Shown here piece by piece: positions 40,311 to 53,585 of a stretch of DNA of 64,000 bases (positions are counted from its first letter, which is position 1; every line of letters starts with the position of its first letter). Location of the stretch: the NCBI GenBank assembly GCA_013265495.1, contig MU058844.1, positions 9,072,184-9,136,183 of the forward strand, given 5' to 3'. The notes under the pieces are model-generated. The model saw only the letters and a list, made by a program, of their open reading frames with translations. It was not told where the DNA came from and ran no database searches. The position numbers were made by a program, and so were the translations under genes. This DNA comes from Vicugna vicugna (Eukaryota).

Positions 40311-42664
40311 CTTAGTTTATTTGTATGTAAGATTCTGCTGTCTTCTTTGGGGAGGGGAGAAGTTACTAGCAACGGCATCTTCCTGAGTGACGGAGATTAT
40401 AATGTGCTTTTTCCATGACATACAAAACTTTCAACTAAATTGTGGCCACCATTCTGGGCACTCGACACCAAATTATTGCTGTTGTTTGACACGCGGTGTT
40501 GCGTGTCTCAATGTCATTTGTTTACCTCTATGAATATTTTCCACCCTCCTCATTTATCTGTTTGCTTATTTATATTTCTAACTCAGGCTTGCTTTCTTGC
40601 AGTGAAAAATAAAATTTGTTCAGTGTGTGTTTTCCCATTATTGACTCTTCTGGGAAACTCTTTTAGGACTTCATTTTTCTTTTGTTCTCTGGATTAATTC
40701 TTGTACTTTACCACATTAACAGCTTTCCTTTGGCCATGTTTCTTACTGTTTTTCATCTTATCCCATTCTTAGCTGTTAATCCACTGTAACAGCAGTATGA
40801 GCCTTAACAGTTTCCACTAATTCTGTCCAAATAAATTGTTTTGTATTTTCTGAAGCCATTTATATGCTTTTAATGAAAATGCCAGCATTTGATTGTATTA
40901 TTACTTACAATATTAGAGAACTGTTTGAATAGTGGAAATAAAAATAAAGAGTAATGAAGTCCAAAAATGTAATGACTGCAATACTGATGAGATAGACAAA
41001 ATAGAGATGTTGGGTAGATAGTCGTAATTCTATTAGAATTACATATCGATAACCATGTTAAAAATATAGCTATTGTTGAAATTATTATTGTTGAATGTTA
41101 TAGTTAATGTTGGAAATAGAGATCGTAACCATCCACTATAAAAGCAAATCTAAGCAAACATTAAAATTTTATTGCTCTTGCAACCATTGTCTTAAAGTTA
41201 AAACTAAAAATAACAGTTTTGCATGCCAGTTATTGCTTTGAGAATGGTCTTAAAAATCTTTAATATTATTTTTAAAAGAATTTCTTTTATTATTAAAAAC
41301 TAAGCTTAGGTTCCATGGTCAGACAAGGTAACTTTATATCTTTAGGTATAAACAAAATCAGTTCAGATGTAAAATTTGGAAATAGCCAAAATTCATATAC
41401 TGTTGATGTACTATATTTTTCATCGGAGGGTCACCAGAAACTTACTGGTGATGTGTATTTAAATTTTAGCACCCAGTCAGTTCATCTAATGGGAATTGGA
41501 AAGGCTGGTCAGCCAAAGTGGAGGAGATTAAAAATAAAGGTATGTAGTATGTTCTCATTCATTCAACAAATATTTATTGAGATAGTGTAGTGGTAAAAAT
41601 TCTAAACCACCACCAAGTGAACCTATACTTCCCACCTCCAAGTTATTTGGCCTTTCATTAGGATAGATAAATTCATTCATTAAACCATTAATTAAATAAC
41701 CATTTTTTGAACTTGACAACAGGTGAATCCTTACAGTGCAAACCTTTGATTCTCATATCAAGACAATTTGATCATTCAATTGACCAGTTCAGTTTCACAA
41801 GCTTTCAAAGTCTATCCATTCTCACTGAAAAACATTGAAAATGAATGTTACATATGAGCTGATCAAACTGCACTAGACTACATGAAGTTGCTTTACACTG
41901 GTTTTAATATGCTTCAGTGATGCTTATAAGTCTTATGTGCAAAAACCAGAGTTGGAAAGTGAAATAGCTGTTGGCTTGGTGTCCTTAATTCTGTTTGTAT
42001 AGATGTCTCAGTCTTTATGGTTTCCCAATTAACATATAACAACACAAATCCAAATTACTGTGTCTGGAGAGTTGCTTAAGCGTAAATTGTAAATCTCTAC
42101 TGTTCTTCCAGTTACTTTTCTTTGTTTTTTCATGTTGTAACCTCAGTGAAATCTAAGCATGGAATTCAGTTAAATTAGAGTAAGTATCTGTGTAGAAGCA
42201 AATTATGTGTTGGTGTAGTGAGACTTCTGTAAGACTCACTCTTGGAATTGTTAATTGAGTTTGGGGTAAAAATAGATGAAAATAATCTGTTAATTAGATG
42301 TGGGCACTGTCTGGAAGCTGTTGTTAGATAAGTAAAAGCAAATATGAATTTTAAAACATCAGAATGAAAATCCCTGGAGAATTAGCATGAGGAGATAGAC
42401 ATGATTTATTTTAAAAAGTAGTTGGGAAATTTTCAAGGTAAATTGAAATGCCTGTGCCACAAAAGAGTTATAAATAAAAATGATAAATAATGTAAACAGC
42501 ATGATTTCTATTCCTAAAAATAATTGAAGACATCCGTGTCTAAATCATTTTGACAGATCAGGGCAGGTAAATTCCCTTGCTATCAGACCGCAGAACTGTA
42601 GAACCTGACCGAAATAAATATTTGCATTGTGTATGCAGTGAATCATTTCATTAATCTTCAAAAG

Positions 42665-42926
42665 GCATTATAGCATAATCCTTAAGAACCATAAGTTTTG
42701 AAGGTGCCAGACCTGGATTGGAAACCTATCTCTATTGTATCTTTTTCTGGATGACCTCAGATATATTACTTATCCCCTTTATACTAGTTTCCTCATTTGT
42801 GAAATAAAAATAATAATACCCAATCTATAAAGTTATTGGGAAGATTAAATAAGGTAACGTATGTAAATTCCTTTGCATGTATGTGGCATATAGTAGGTGT
42901 TCAACACACAGCAACTATTATTATTG
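42665..42926 (+). mobile_element. MIR SINE, near full length
   Basis: ccagacctggattggaaacct...agtttcctcatttgtgaaat...ggcatatagtaggtgttcaa...ctattattatt. Confidence 0.85.
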
Positions 42927-43644
42927 CTAGTGGTTCTTAATTAGAAATCTAATTTCTAAGCTCCTGTTTATTTGTCTTCTTCCTTATCTAGCTTCATGGA
43001 ACCTTGTATTAACATTTTCAGAAAGATGAGGAGAGAAAAACAAAGTGAAAATTAAACTAATTTATGTTGCTTCGCTGTTTCCACTTTAAGAATTTTCTTG
43101 GCAGTAATAAATTTCTAGATAACCTTAGAATTCCACTTTCCATCTAATGTCGATCTATTCTAAGTCTAAAGCATATAAACACAGTGTATACTTCAATGCA
43201 CCCGAATCATTATCTAGAGTACACTATACTTGTAAATATTTTTTAATATTTTAAGACACAATGAAATTGCCTATCACTTTATGCTTACAGCATATCCTTT
43301 GTAGACTTTCATTAAGCTGCCCATCCGTGAGCCTGTTCCTCTCCTCCTTTACAGTTTTTTGTGCCTTCTGCTTTGTCTCCTCACACTAAGAGTTGTGAAT
43401 ATCCTACAAGGCTATGTCAATATGTCTTGTTCTTTTCTTTCTTTATTTCCCCAGTGAGCTCTTCCATGCCCAGGGCTCCTTTTTAACCTTGAATCATGTA
43501 ATACGAACATTGGGAAAGACTTCAAGTTCATACCATCTTCCACGTGGATAACTAATTTTCTTCTCCTTGTATACATTCTCAAGTACTTTTCCATCCAGTT
43601 TTTAACAACTCTCTATAGATCTTTTCCATTCATATAGTCTGCTG

Positions 43645-44860
43645 TCATTCAACATTCCATAAATATTTCTAGAGTGCTTTCTACTTGCCAGCTAGTATAC
43701 TAAGAACTGGGAATAAATAATCAGATACCGTTTCTGATCTCAAGGCACTCAGTGTCAAAATGGGCTAACAGCCAGTTGTCATAGTGAGCATTTGTGTGAC
43801 AGGAGTTATGGAGAATGCTAAGGAGTTATATAACCTGAATATTTGGGAAGAGGATGGTCCCAGAACCCATCCCCAAAGGAATGGCATATATGCTAAGACC
43901 TAAAAGATGATTGATAGGCAGTCAAGAAGGAGGAAGGGTGTGTAGGGAAAACTTCTCGACTACCTCCTGTGGTTCTCCTCTGCCCTCACACTACTGCCAC
44001 ACTCACAACACTTATGACACCAGGTTTGTGGGACTTTCTCCCCTACTGAGCAATTCACTGCAACACCAGCTGGATGTCCTACAGTTTAACTCAATTCTGA
44101 CACTGTTTACCTGTAATTAGCATTAGATCCTACAGGTTAAGGACTCAGTCTCAAAGGACCACTCCCATCCACTTTGGATGCCATTTGCAAGTCCAAGTTG
44201 TCATCTGTGCATCTGACTAAATAGGCATAATAAATCAGTGGCTTCCACTACCACCCCCTTGGGTTGTATTAATTTGTTAGGGCAGCTCACAGAACTCAGG
44301 GAAACATTTACCTACATTTACCAATTTATTAAAGGGTATGATAAAGGATATAGATGAACATCCAGATGAAAAGATATGGAGAGTGAGGTCTGGGAGGGTC
44401 CCAAGCTCAGGAGCTCCTGTCACTGTGGATCTGGTGTGTGGAACCTCCCCAACCCCTGTATTTTTGGGATGTTTATGAAGGCTTCATTACAAAGGCATGA
44501 TCGATCATTAATTTTATTTCCAGTGCCTGTCCCCTCTCTGGAGAATAAAGGATGGGGCTGAAAATTCCAGGCTTGTAATCATGGCTTGGTCCTTCTGATG
44601 ATGGACCCTCATCCAGGAACCTATTCAGGGTCCCCCATTAGAACAGAAGGTGCTCTGAGAGCTGTTACCACTTAGGGATTTACAAGGGTTTTAGGAGCTC
44701 TGGGGCAGAGACCAATACATTTTTTTTTCTATTATCTCATAAAGGGCATCCCAAATGAATATAAAAATTCACAGCCAAGATTGTGTTTTGATTGTGTATG
44801 ACTACAAGTCCTTCTGTAAGCTAGAACATAAAGTATGAATAAGATAAAGTTGAAGAGATG
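43645..44860 (-). mobile_element. L2 LINE 3' region interrupted by a MER21-like LTR
   Basis: cattcaacattccataaatatttctagagtgctttctacttgccag...; resumes after 44746. Confidence 0.6.
43939..44741 (-). mobile_element. MER21-like ERVL solo LTR with a 5-bp TSD (AAGGG)
   Basis: TG...(C>T)A termini. aaggg at 43934-43938 and 44742-44746. Body acaccagctggatgtcctacagtttaactcaattctgacact...ctcacagaactcagggaaaca. Confidence 0.9.
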
Positions 44861-45669
44861 AATGATCTTCATCATTATCATTACACATAATACATGTTTA
44901 ATGTACATCATATTTGACTAAGTACTTTACAGTGCAAACACACTAGATATTATTATCCCTCATTTTAGAGCAGAGGAACATGAACTTGAGGTTAAGAAAT
45001 TTGTACAGAAGTCATACAATCAGTAACACCTGGAAGGGCCAGGACTCATCCTAGGCCTTTAAGGATATTTAAAAATGTTATGCTTCTGGGAATTATTTCC
45101 CAAATAAACTACTTGTGTGCAATTACTTGTCTCAGAGTCTGCTATTGAGAAATCTTGCACTTGGAAAAAAAAGATAGTATATATGAAAAGATAATGTAAA
45201 CAAGCAAATTTATGTAATATACTGAACAGTTTTGGGGACGTTGTAAGAGCTCATTAAATGATTGTTATTTTGTTGTCATACCATTTATTTCTTTGTTTCC
45301 TTCCTTTACTAGAATGTAAGCTCCTTGAGAGGATTTGATCTGCATTTTCCCAGTGGCATATGATACTTAGAACAGTGATCAATGAATATTTGTTGACTAA
45401 AGGGATTAGTACAGTTTCAACACTTGAGGAATCTCAAAATGTGGGAATATAAAGCTATTAAATAGATTCTGTTACTTTCTCCTAAATCACATTTCTCCTA
45501 AGAATCACATGTTTTTGTACATTTCCTGACCCCTGAAGATTCTAAGGCATCAACTATCACTGGTGTTTTAGTTTTCTTTTGAAGAAGGTATTTTACATCA
45601 TATGAAGAATTCACTAAAATATTTTTTATAAGTCTCAGACTTTTGTTTTCAACTATAATTTTCATTTTC

Positions 45670-45990
45670 TGAACCCTCTGCCTGGAAAGTTCTTCTCACA
45701 GATATACACATGGCTTCCTCCGTCTCTTCCTTGGGTTTATACTCAGAAATCAACTAATTCCTAATTAAACTACACTTCACAACACCCTTCCCTTACTTTA
45801 ATTTTCCCTTGGCAATTATCACCTTTTAAAAAATGTATTCTACATATTTTTGTTTGCAGTTTCTCTCCCTCCGCAAGAATGAAAGTTCCATTAAGGCAAG
45901 AATTTCTGCCTTTTCCCACTCTCATTGTATTTTCCTAATACCCTATACATCATCAGTGCTCAATAAATATGCGTGAAAGGAATGACTCTT
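45670..45990 (+). mobile_element. L2 LINE 3' end
   Basis: ccctctgcctggaaagttctt...agaatgaaagttccattaaggcaag...gtgctcaataaatatgcgtgaaaggaatga. Confidence 0.75.
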
Positions 45991-46611
45991 TCCAGGCCAT
46001 CAAAGAAAACCATTGTTCAGTGGAAGAGGATGGAAGAGAGTCTGTTGGAAGACATGGTAGGATCCCTGAAATAGTCTGGTAGAAAAAAGGAATGTGGGGT
46101 GGGGAATTTTCCTAACCAGAAGACCAGCCATTAAGACCACCAGTAGTCCACTGTCTGAGGTCAGAACTTGTCAGAGGTTGATAAGAGCCAAAAACAATCT
46201 GACAGAGGCAGAAGTTTGAAGAACAAAACTTGGAAGACTACCTTGGGAATGTAATGGGATTTGGAAGTGCCTAGAAGTAGTGAGTCAGGCTCTCAGAAGC
46301 TTAATGAGCTATCAGGAAACACAAAGAAGTGTCAAGGCAAGGCAATAAGCCAGAGAGCGAGGCTCACACAGATGCCAGCATTTTAGTTGAAGTACTCTAG
46401 CTTTCTGAGTCACCTGCCATTCTTTTATCTTCTTCCAGATACTTTTGCCACGGGAATATTAAACAGCCTGTAGTACTAGGAACACAAAGAGATCATGTTC
46501 TTCTGTCTACCTGAAAAGTTGTCTCCTACTGTCCCCCTGGTAAACTGTTAGTCATTTTGCAAATCCGCACTTAGATATTGCATGCACTGTGTTGCCTTCC
46601 TTGGTCCCTGC

Positions 46612-47082
46612 TATATTTGCAAGGACGCTTTTAGTTGCAAGTGACAGAAAACCAACCCAAGCCAAGTTGACCACAAAAGGGAAATTTTTGGCTCATTTTA
46701 CTGAAGTGCCAGGGATAGAACTGATTTAAGAATGGCTAAAATCAGCAAGAAAGTGAGTCATCAGGGCTCCATCTTTTCCACCTGCTTTCTTCCCAAGGAG
46801 GAACTGACGGCAAACCTACCCTGATTATATCCTACCATCTTACCTTCCATAGTAGAAAGAGACTCTTCCCCATACCTCTGCCAGAAATATCTGTCAAGGA
46901 ATGTTCTGATTGCCCTGGCTTGGATCATGTGCCCGCCCTTTTGCCATGAGCTTTGGACTCTGATTGACAGTCTGTCTAGCATTAGCAAAGGGAAGGAAAA
47001 TTCCCCAGTGAAAACGTAAGATATTGTCACCAAAAAGAATATGAAGGAATGCTGGGCATTTAAAAACAAATGTCAACAAATA
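46612..47082 (-). mobile_element. MLT1J/K-like MaLR LTR
   Basis: ttttagttgcaagtgacagaaaaccaacccaa...tctgattgccctggcttggatcatgtgccc...ggaatgctgggca. Confidence 0.8.
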
Positions 47083-49870
47083 TTTGACAAATCATGATTG
47101 ATCAGTTTAAATAATCATTGAAAGTTTCTCTTGACCAGAGATCCATGGGCCTTCTGTGGATTGATATGCTGAAAGCATGCAAAATTCTGCCTATATGGTA
47201 ATCTCTCCAGGGAGGAGTCCATAGTTTAATGATATACAAAAGATTACGAGGTTGGAGGGTAGCATTACTTGGAAAGGAAGTGCTTTCCCCTCATGCCCAC
47301 CCACCCTTAACTTCTCCTGGCTTAATAGAGCCCAAATGCAAAGCCATGTGAGACAATGTGATAGAGTATAAAGCATAAAGCAAGGGACTTTGATTCCTTA
47401 GTACTCATTAAATTTTATTTATCTCAGTTTAATCACTTGTTAAATGTGGATCATATGACCTAATTTGCAGAGTAAAATAGCTTAGCACAGTGCTTGGCAT
47501 ACAGTAGATTTCCAGTACCTTCCTGCAGTTATGTAACAACTGGGTAAGCAACAGAGACTCCCCAGAAGGGATCCTCCCACCCACCATGCCATCCTATTTG
47601 TAGTAGATCACGCTGTTTAGCAGTGAGGGGTCCAGTCCTACTTTGGTATTCCAGACAAGTCTCTTGAGCCCTGCCTTTCACAGCGTTCTCTGTCAGTGAG
47701 AGCCCAGAGAATGTTTTAACGCCATCAGTTTCTTTTCATTCCACTTGCTGTTTGCAAACTACTTCTCAGGCTAGCTGAGAGAATTTCCTAAAGAGGCCTG
47801 TGCTACCTTCAGCTTCAGATTCCTAGGTGACCTTCTCTGCCCCTTTGTATACACTGAAGAGCAGGCCCAGCCCCCAAAGTTGCATTCGCAGGAGAGAATC
47901 TCTCACTTCCCAGTGTGAAAGGAAGCTTATTAACACTTAGAATTAAATCAGAAGCTAAAGCTTTGCTTTCATAACTACCCATGGTAATTTGTTATTGGGC
48001 AAAAATAGAACAGAATAAAATCATATAATAATGATAGAGAATATAGAGTTTTCTGCATCCATTCTCCTATTTCAGAAATCTAATTTGCAGGACTGATTTT
48101 TTGTAAAGAGTAGAGTTTGCATGTTAGTGGCTGAAAAGTTTGTCTTTCTTGGAATTGTCAGTATGTCAACGAATGGCTGCATGTCAATACTTCATGAAAA
48201 ACTTGAAGTTTGTAGTACTTTAACATAGTGGCACAACTATATATTTGCATAAGGTATTTTCCATATGATTTCTTGTTTTGATTTTTTTTAAGGGCATTAA
48301 TTCATCCTTTCACTGAATCATTCAGTAAACCCTCATAGATGGCCTGCTTTATTTTAGGCACTAGAATGTATTTAATATTTATCCAAATTATTAAGCAAAT
48401 GGAAGTTATTCTGTAAACTGAGAGTTAAATTTTATTCTTAAATATCTTCTAAAAAGATCTCTCTTCACTTCTAAGTAAGTTAAATAATGAAAGAAAACGC
48501 ATAGAATTTTTAAATTTATTGTTACCTTTGTCTTAACGTATTTGTTAAGTCATAGATGTTTTCTTAGTGGAATCGGCATATACTACTTCAATTTTTTAAA
48601 ATTCATAATAAAAATTTTGATGTATTGAAGGTAAAATCTCATTGCTTAATGTAAGAGATAGATGTTAAAAACGTCATATGAAAAGGATATATCAGGGACT
48701 ATTTCGTTCTTGTTCCTTTGATGTAATTCATTTCTACACTAACATGAGAGGAATGTCTCTGCACTCTAAATCTTTATCTTTTGTTACTTCTGAATGGAGT
48801 GGGTTTTCAATCTTTGTTTTTCCATATCCATTTATTATTTAATTCAACATTTTATATTGAATCTCTGTACATAATAATATGATGTGCTGCTTCGTATGAA
48901 ACTTGTTTTCAATAAGGTATTCCTTTGAAAATTAGTTTCCCATGAGATCTCATTAGGACTTCTGCTAGCTACATAAGCAAGCAAAGTGAGTAAGTAAATA
49001 GAGGAATAAAATAGTAGATTGTAATGAATAACATACACACAAAAATAAACACGGATTATTATAGTAAGTACAATGACAAGGTACGTTTGTTTTCTCTGAG
49101 GAGTGTGATTTTTTTCAGTTGATTGTTTTAAAAACTGGGATTGCGTCAGTGGTGGTCTGAACTGGAGAAGACTGTTTCAGGCAGGAAGGTCGTCAAGTTC
49201 CTCAGCTCTGGGTGAAAAAGAGCCAGGTCTATTTGAGGGACAGAAAGAAGGCCATTGTGGCTGAAGGATTCTTGTAGGCGGTACAGACCTTGTTAAGTTT
49301 AAATTTGCACTAAATAAGTTGGGAGAACACAAAGCTTCTTTAGAAAGCTGAGGAGTAAAACAATATAACTTAAGTTTAAAAGATGGATCTGACTGCTTTG
49401 TGGATAATAGACTGTAGATGGACACGAATAGGAATAAGGGGATCAATTATTTGGGATTGCATTACTGCAAGAGTTCTTCATTATGTGGCGATCCGCCCTT
49501 AGATAGTGATACATCGTGTGTTTAAGTGCTGGAGGTCATATGTGAGATCACTTCTCATGAACACATCATTGTCATCAGGGCACACAGGTGTGGCAGGCAG
49601 CAGGACAAACAATCTCTTGATTTCTTACATATATTGTGATTATTTGTCTGTGTGACATGTTGGTCTCATAATTTCAACATGTAAGTTTAATGTGATTCAA
49701 TATTTATTATGTACTAAATACTATGGACATTGATTTCCCTTAGAACCAATACTGACTCAGTATCTGAGTTGATAATGTAATGAAACTTGCCAAGAGACAA
49801 TTTATGGCATTAAAGTAATGCAATATAAAATATTTTCAAAACAATATGTGTAAATAGCAAACATACTTTA

Positions 49871-50058
49871 TTTTATATTTTTAAAAAATTTTATTGACAT
49901 GTAGTTGATTTACAATGTTAGTTTCAGGTGTACAGCAAAGTGATTCAGTTATACATATACATACATATATATGTATTTTTTCTTTTCAGATTCTTTTCCA
50001 TTATGTTATTACAAGAAATTGAATATAGTTTCCTGTGCTATACAGTAGGTCCTTGTTG
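49871..50058 (-). mobile_element. Younger artiodactyl-type L1 3' end, 5'-truncated, with 16-bp TSD
   Basis: TSD tagcaaacatacttta (49855) / tagcaaatatatttta (50059), 2 mismatches. Body ttttattgacatgtagttgatttacaatg...gaatatagtttcctgtgctatacagtaggtccttgttg. Confidence 0.9.
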
Positions 50059-50776
50059 TAGCAAATATATTTTACAACACCATTTAAAATACTAGAATGC
50101 TATTTTCCACTCAGTATATTATTAAGATCACTTAAACTACACTATCTGATAATCTGTTTCTTAGTTTAAAGTATCATGTCTATAAAATTGAGCTAAAACT
50201 TTGCTAGAACTAATTACCTTCTGAGAATTTTTTTTGTTAATTAACTATATTTGGACTAGAAAGCCAAGATAATGACCATTAAAATAATGACCATGAGACC
50301 AATTTAATTCTAAGTGTTCATGATAGTGGCACAAAATGATTTAAGTCCAGTATATGTATTTGCCTTGTTTTAAATTGTAGATGTGCTGTCTCTTAGGGTA
50401 AGTTAATGTGCTCATATTGAGTCTTCAGTCTTCAATCTTTTCATTTATGTTTCTTTTACACTTTGAAAATTCAGACCAATATAAATTTTATTACATTTCA
50501 AAAGTTAATTTAAAAAGTTAAAAAGATAGATACATTTTCCAACTAGAGAATATTTTCTTAAGTAAATTTCACATTCCTATAAATATGATAAATATTGTTC
50601 AAAATGCTAACTTAGATTTAAAAACATTTTTTTGAAATAATAATGTGAGTAAAGTTTAATGTTTGTTTTATGATTATTTGTGTTCATTAGTTCCTAACTA
50701 CATTCAAGTTAACTCAGATTTTTTATACCTTACGCTCTATTTTAGATTTTAAAGGCATAGTGCTTTTATTTTGCAG

Positions 50777-50893
50777 ATTGTTGCCTTGCGTGAACAAAAT
50801 GTTCATATACAAAGAAAAATGGCATCAAGTGAGGGGTCCACAGAGTCAGAACATCTTGAAGGGATGGAACCTGGCCAGAAGGTCCATGAAAAG
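50777..50893 (+). CDS. PPFIA2: Liprin-alpha-2 internal coding exon D (117 nt, phase 0/0): IVALREQNVHIQRKMASSEGSTESEHLEGMEPGQKVHEK
   Basis: Acceptor tgcttttattttgcag|ATT and donor AAG|gtatga. In frame with exon C. This paralog-variable segment matches my recollection of PPFIA2 rather than PPFIA1/3/4. Confidence 0.95.
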
Positions 50894-51975
50894 GTATGAC
50901 ACATATGACATGCTCTTACATGGAAATGTTTACTTACTGTATATCATTTGACAGGAATATGAAATATGAAATCCATGTAATAAACATTCTTTGTTATTTT
51001 CTCGCTTGTTGGCCAAAAATGCATCATGATTTTCCATATCATTAATTGCTCCTAATTTTATTCTCCTAAAAATAATATATGTGTATGTTTATGTACATAT
51101 ATATTTGCATTTCTCATTACTTTTTAACTTGATTCTCTTAGAAAGAATATAATTATATATCCATTGGAAATGTCTATAATTGGGCAAACATTTCTATGTA
51201 GATACATTAATAATGTATATCCAGGATTGTTTAAAGTACAATAATAATAACTTTGATTTATGAGTGGTATTATGTATAATTGATGACTAATCTGTGACCT
51301 ATCACTGCAAAAGTGTTTTGATAATCTCTTATTTGACTTAGTACTTTCCATGTGTTTGGGAAAGCCCATCAGTACTCTTGCTAATGAGAAATTGCATAAT
51401 AAAATATCTGAAGTCGTGGGACTTTTATTACAGTTTTTTAAAAAAAGAATTGATTCTCTTTTAGAGGGGGGCTTAGGTCCAGGTCAAGGAAACCAGAAAT
51501 CTACTTGGCCCTTTTCTGTACTAAACTACTTATTCCCAGCACAAGACAAGGAAGGTCAGTTGCTGGTAGATAGTTCTGGAATCGGATTAAAATTACAGAG
51601 GCATTTGCACATTCTGTGCATGAGGCTTAGACAATCTCCTGGATATTTGCCTTTAACAAGTTATATCTTTGGGTGACTGAGCTCCTTAATCATTAAGACT
51701 GCATGAATCAGGTTGCTAAGTTGGTGTCATTGTGAATATCAATAATTTTTAAAACAAAGAGATTAGGAGCAAGTGACTGGACCACAAAACAAATAGCACT
51801 AGACTTCTTATAGAAAATAAATTGAGCACTTCCTCATTTATCCATTTTGAAATAAATGGAGGGACTTCTTATGTTTCTTCTTTCAAATATAAAAGCAAAA
51901 GAAGGTCAATATGTATTATAGAATATATTCTAATATATATTTATTTATATGACATTTCTTTGCCTGACATATCTT

Positions 51976-52240
51976 TTGTTTCCAGCTTTACTGAGATATA
52001 ATTTGACATATAAGATTGTGTAAAGTGTACAATATGATGATTTGGTATACATATATATTGAGAAATGATTACCACAATAAGGTTAGTTAACACATTCATC
52101 ACCTTGTGTTTGTTTGTGTGTGTGTGTTGTGGCAAGAACATTTAAGATTTACTCTCTTAGCAACTTTCTGGTATACAGTATGGTTAACTATAGTCACCAT
52201 GTGTACATTAAATCCCCAGAACTTATTCATCTTCTAACTG
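51976..52240 (-). mobile_element. L1 (L1MA9-like) 3' end with 12-bp TSD
   Basis: tccagctttactgagatataatttgac...ttaactatagtcaccatg...ccccagaacttattcatctt; TSD ctgacatatctt (51964) / ctgacatttctt (52241). Confidence 0.88.
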
Positions 52241-53349
52241 CTGACATTTCTTGATAAAAGATGAAACAAATCCTAATTATTATTTTTATCATCCTTACAT
52301 AAATACTGCTAAATTATATACATGAACATTATAAACCATCTTTTCAAAATTATTCGCTCTAACATGATTATTTTAAAGTATATCAATACTACTGAATAGC
52401 AAGTGTTATAGGATTGTAATTTAAATCTTAACACTTAATTTTTTTATTAAGAACTGTTTAAAAGGTATATTCAAGCAAAGAAAAGGAGAAAATCATTTTG
52501 AGGAGTGTCTATGTAATGAAGATTATCAGTGTAGAATGACTGTAGTATTAATGCATACATTGCAAAGTGTTTTTTGGGGAGAAAAACACAAAACTATTGT
52601 TAAATACTATGGAACTGTCAGAAAGTGACTTGTAAATCCTAGTCACAAGGATTACCCTTTGTTTAGGGCAGTAAAGTTACTTAAATTACATAGTCAGTGT
52701 AGTTTATTTGCCAACAGGAGATGTTTTACATCAGCGGCTTGAAAACTCTGTTGACAAAATAGTTGATAAAAATAGTCTCATAAAAGCACACTCTGAAATA
52801 GGCCTATTACTCATAGAAAAGTTGTGTAATTATTACAAACATTTTAAAGACAAAAAACTGAAAAGAAAAAATAGGCTTAACTGAAATAAGTTTGTTTCTA
52901 TGTGCTATATATTTTATCAGTTGTTCTAGAAAAACATAAATAGTCATAGGACAATACAAATTTTCAGAACACTGAATTTTGCCTCATTAAAATTTCAGGT
53001 CTAGGATCAGTGACTTTCTTCCTGTTGCTTTCTAGAGGGGAGCTGACTCATGAAATTTTTTTCATAAACATGCTGGTCTTGTAAAGGAGATAATAGTAAT
53101 CCTTACTCATATATTTTGCTCTTCCAATTATTTTTTCCAGCTGCAGATGTTTACTAAGTGATTTGAATAAGCAGAATGTTAGACAGTGGTGGAGATTCAG
53201 AAGACAGTCCCTATAATAAATTTGTTTAGAAACTAGGGTGAGAAATAATCTACCCAATTTAATATTGCAAAACATGATGAGAAAAGTAGTGACAAAAATG
53301 ATGCTAGAGTTTGAAGGTGAGACAGATACATTAATTGTTTGGAGGTGTC

Positions 53350-53585
53350 AGAGAGGCAGCATGGAATGGTAATTTGTTTAAAGTCAGTAGACCTGGATTT
53401 GAATCCTGTCTCTGCTGGTTACTAGCTGTATGTCCTTATGTTATAACCTCCCTGAGCATCAGTTACAGGTAAATAGTCACGCCTAACTCACAGCTTCCTT
53501 GTAAAGAGTAGAAACACTGACTATGAATGACAAAATTCTTGACACATTGATTATGAGCAATAAATAGTGTGGTTATAATAATTAT
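53350..53585 (+). mobile_element. MIR SINE
   Basis: agaggcagcatgg...agacctggatttgaatcctgtctctgct..ttactagctgtatgtcctt. Confidence 0.75.

Noticed and set aside
50760..50951. 63-aa ORF overlapping exon D
   Set aside because: It is in a different frame from the liprin reading frame and has no recognisable homology.
53028..53052. CTCF-like tctagaggggagc next to an AP-1 TGACTCA
   Set aside because: It lacks the 5' CC of the CTCF core, and a lone 7-mer AP-1 site is expected by chance in 64 kb.
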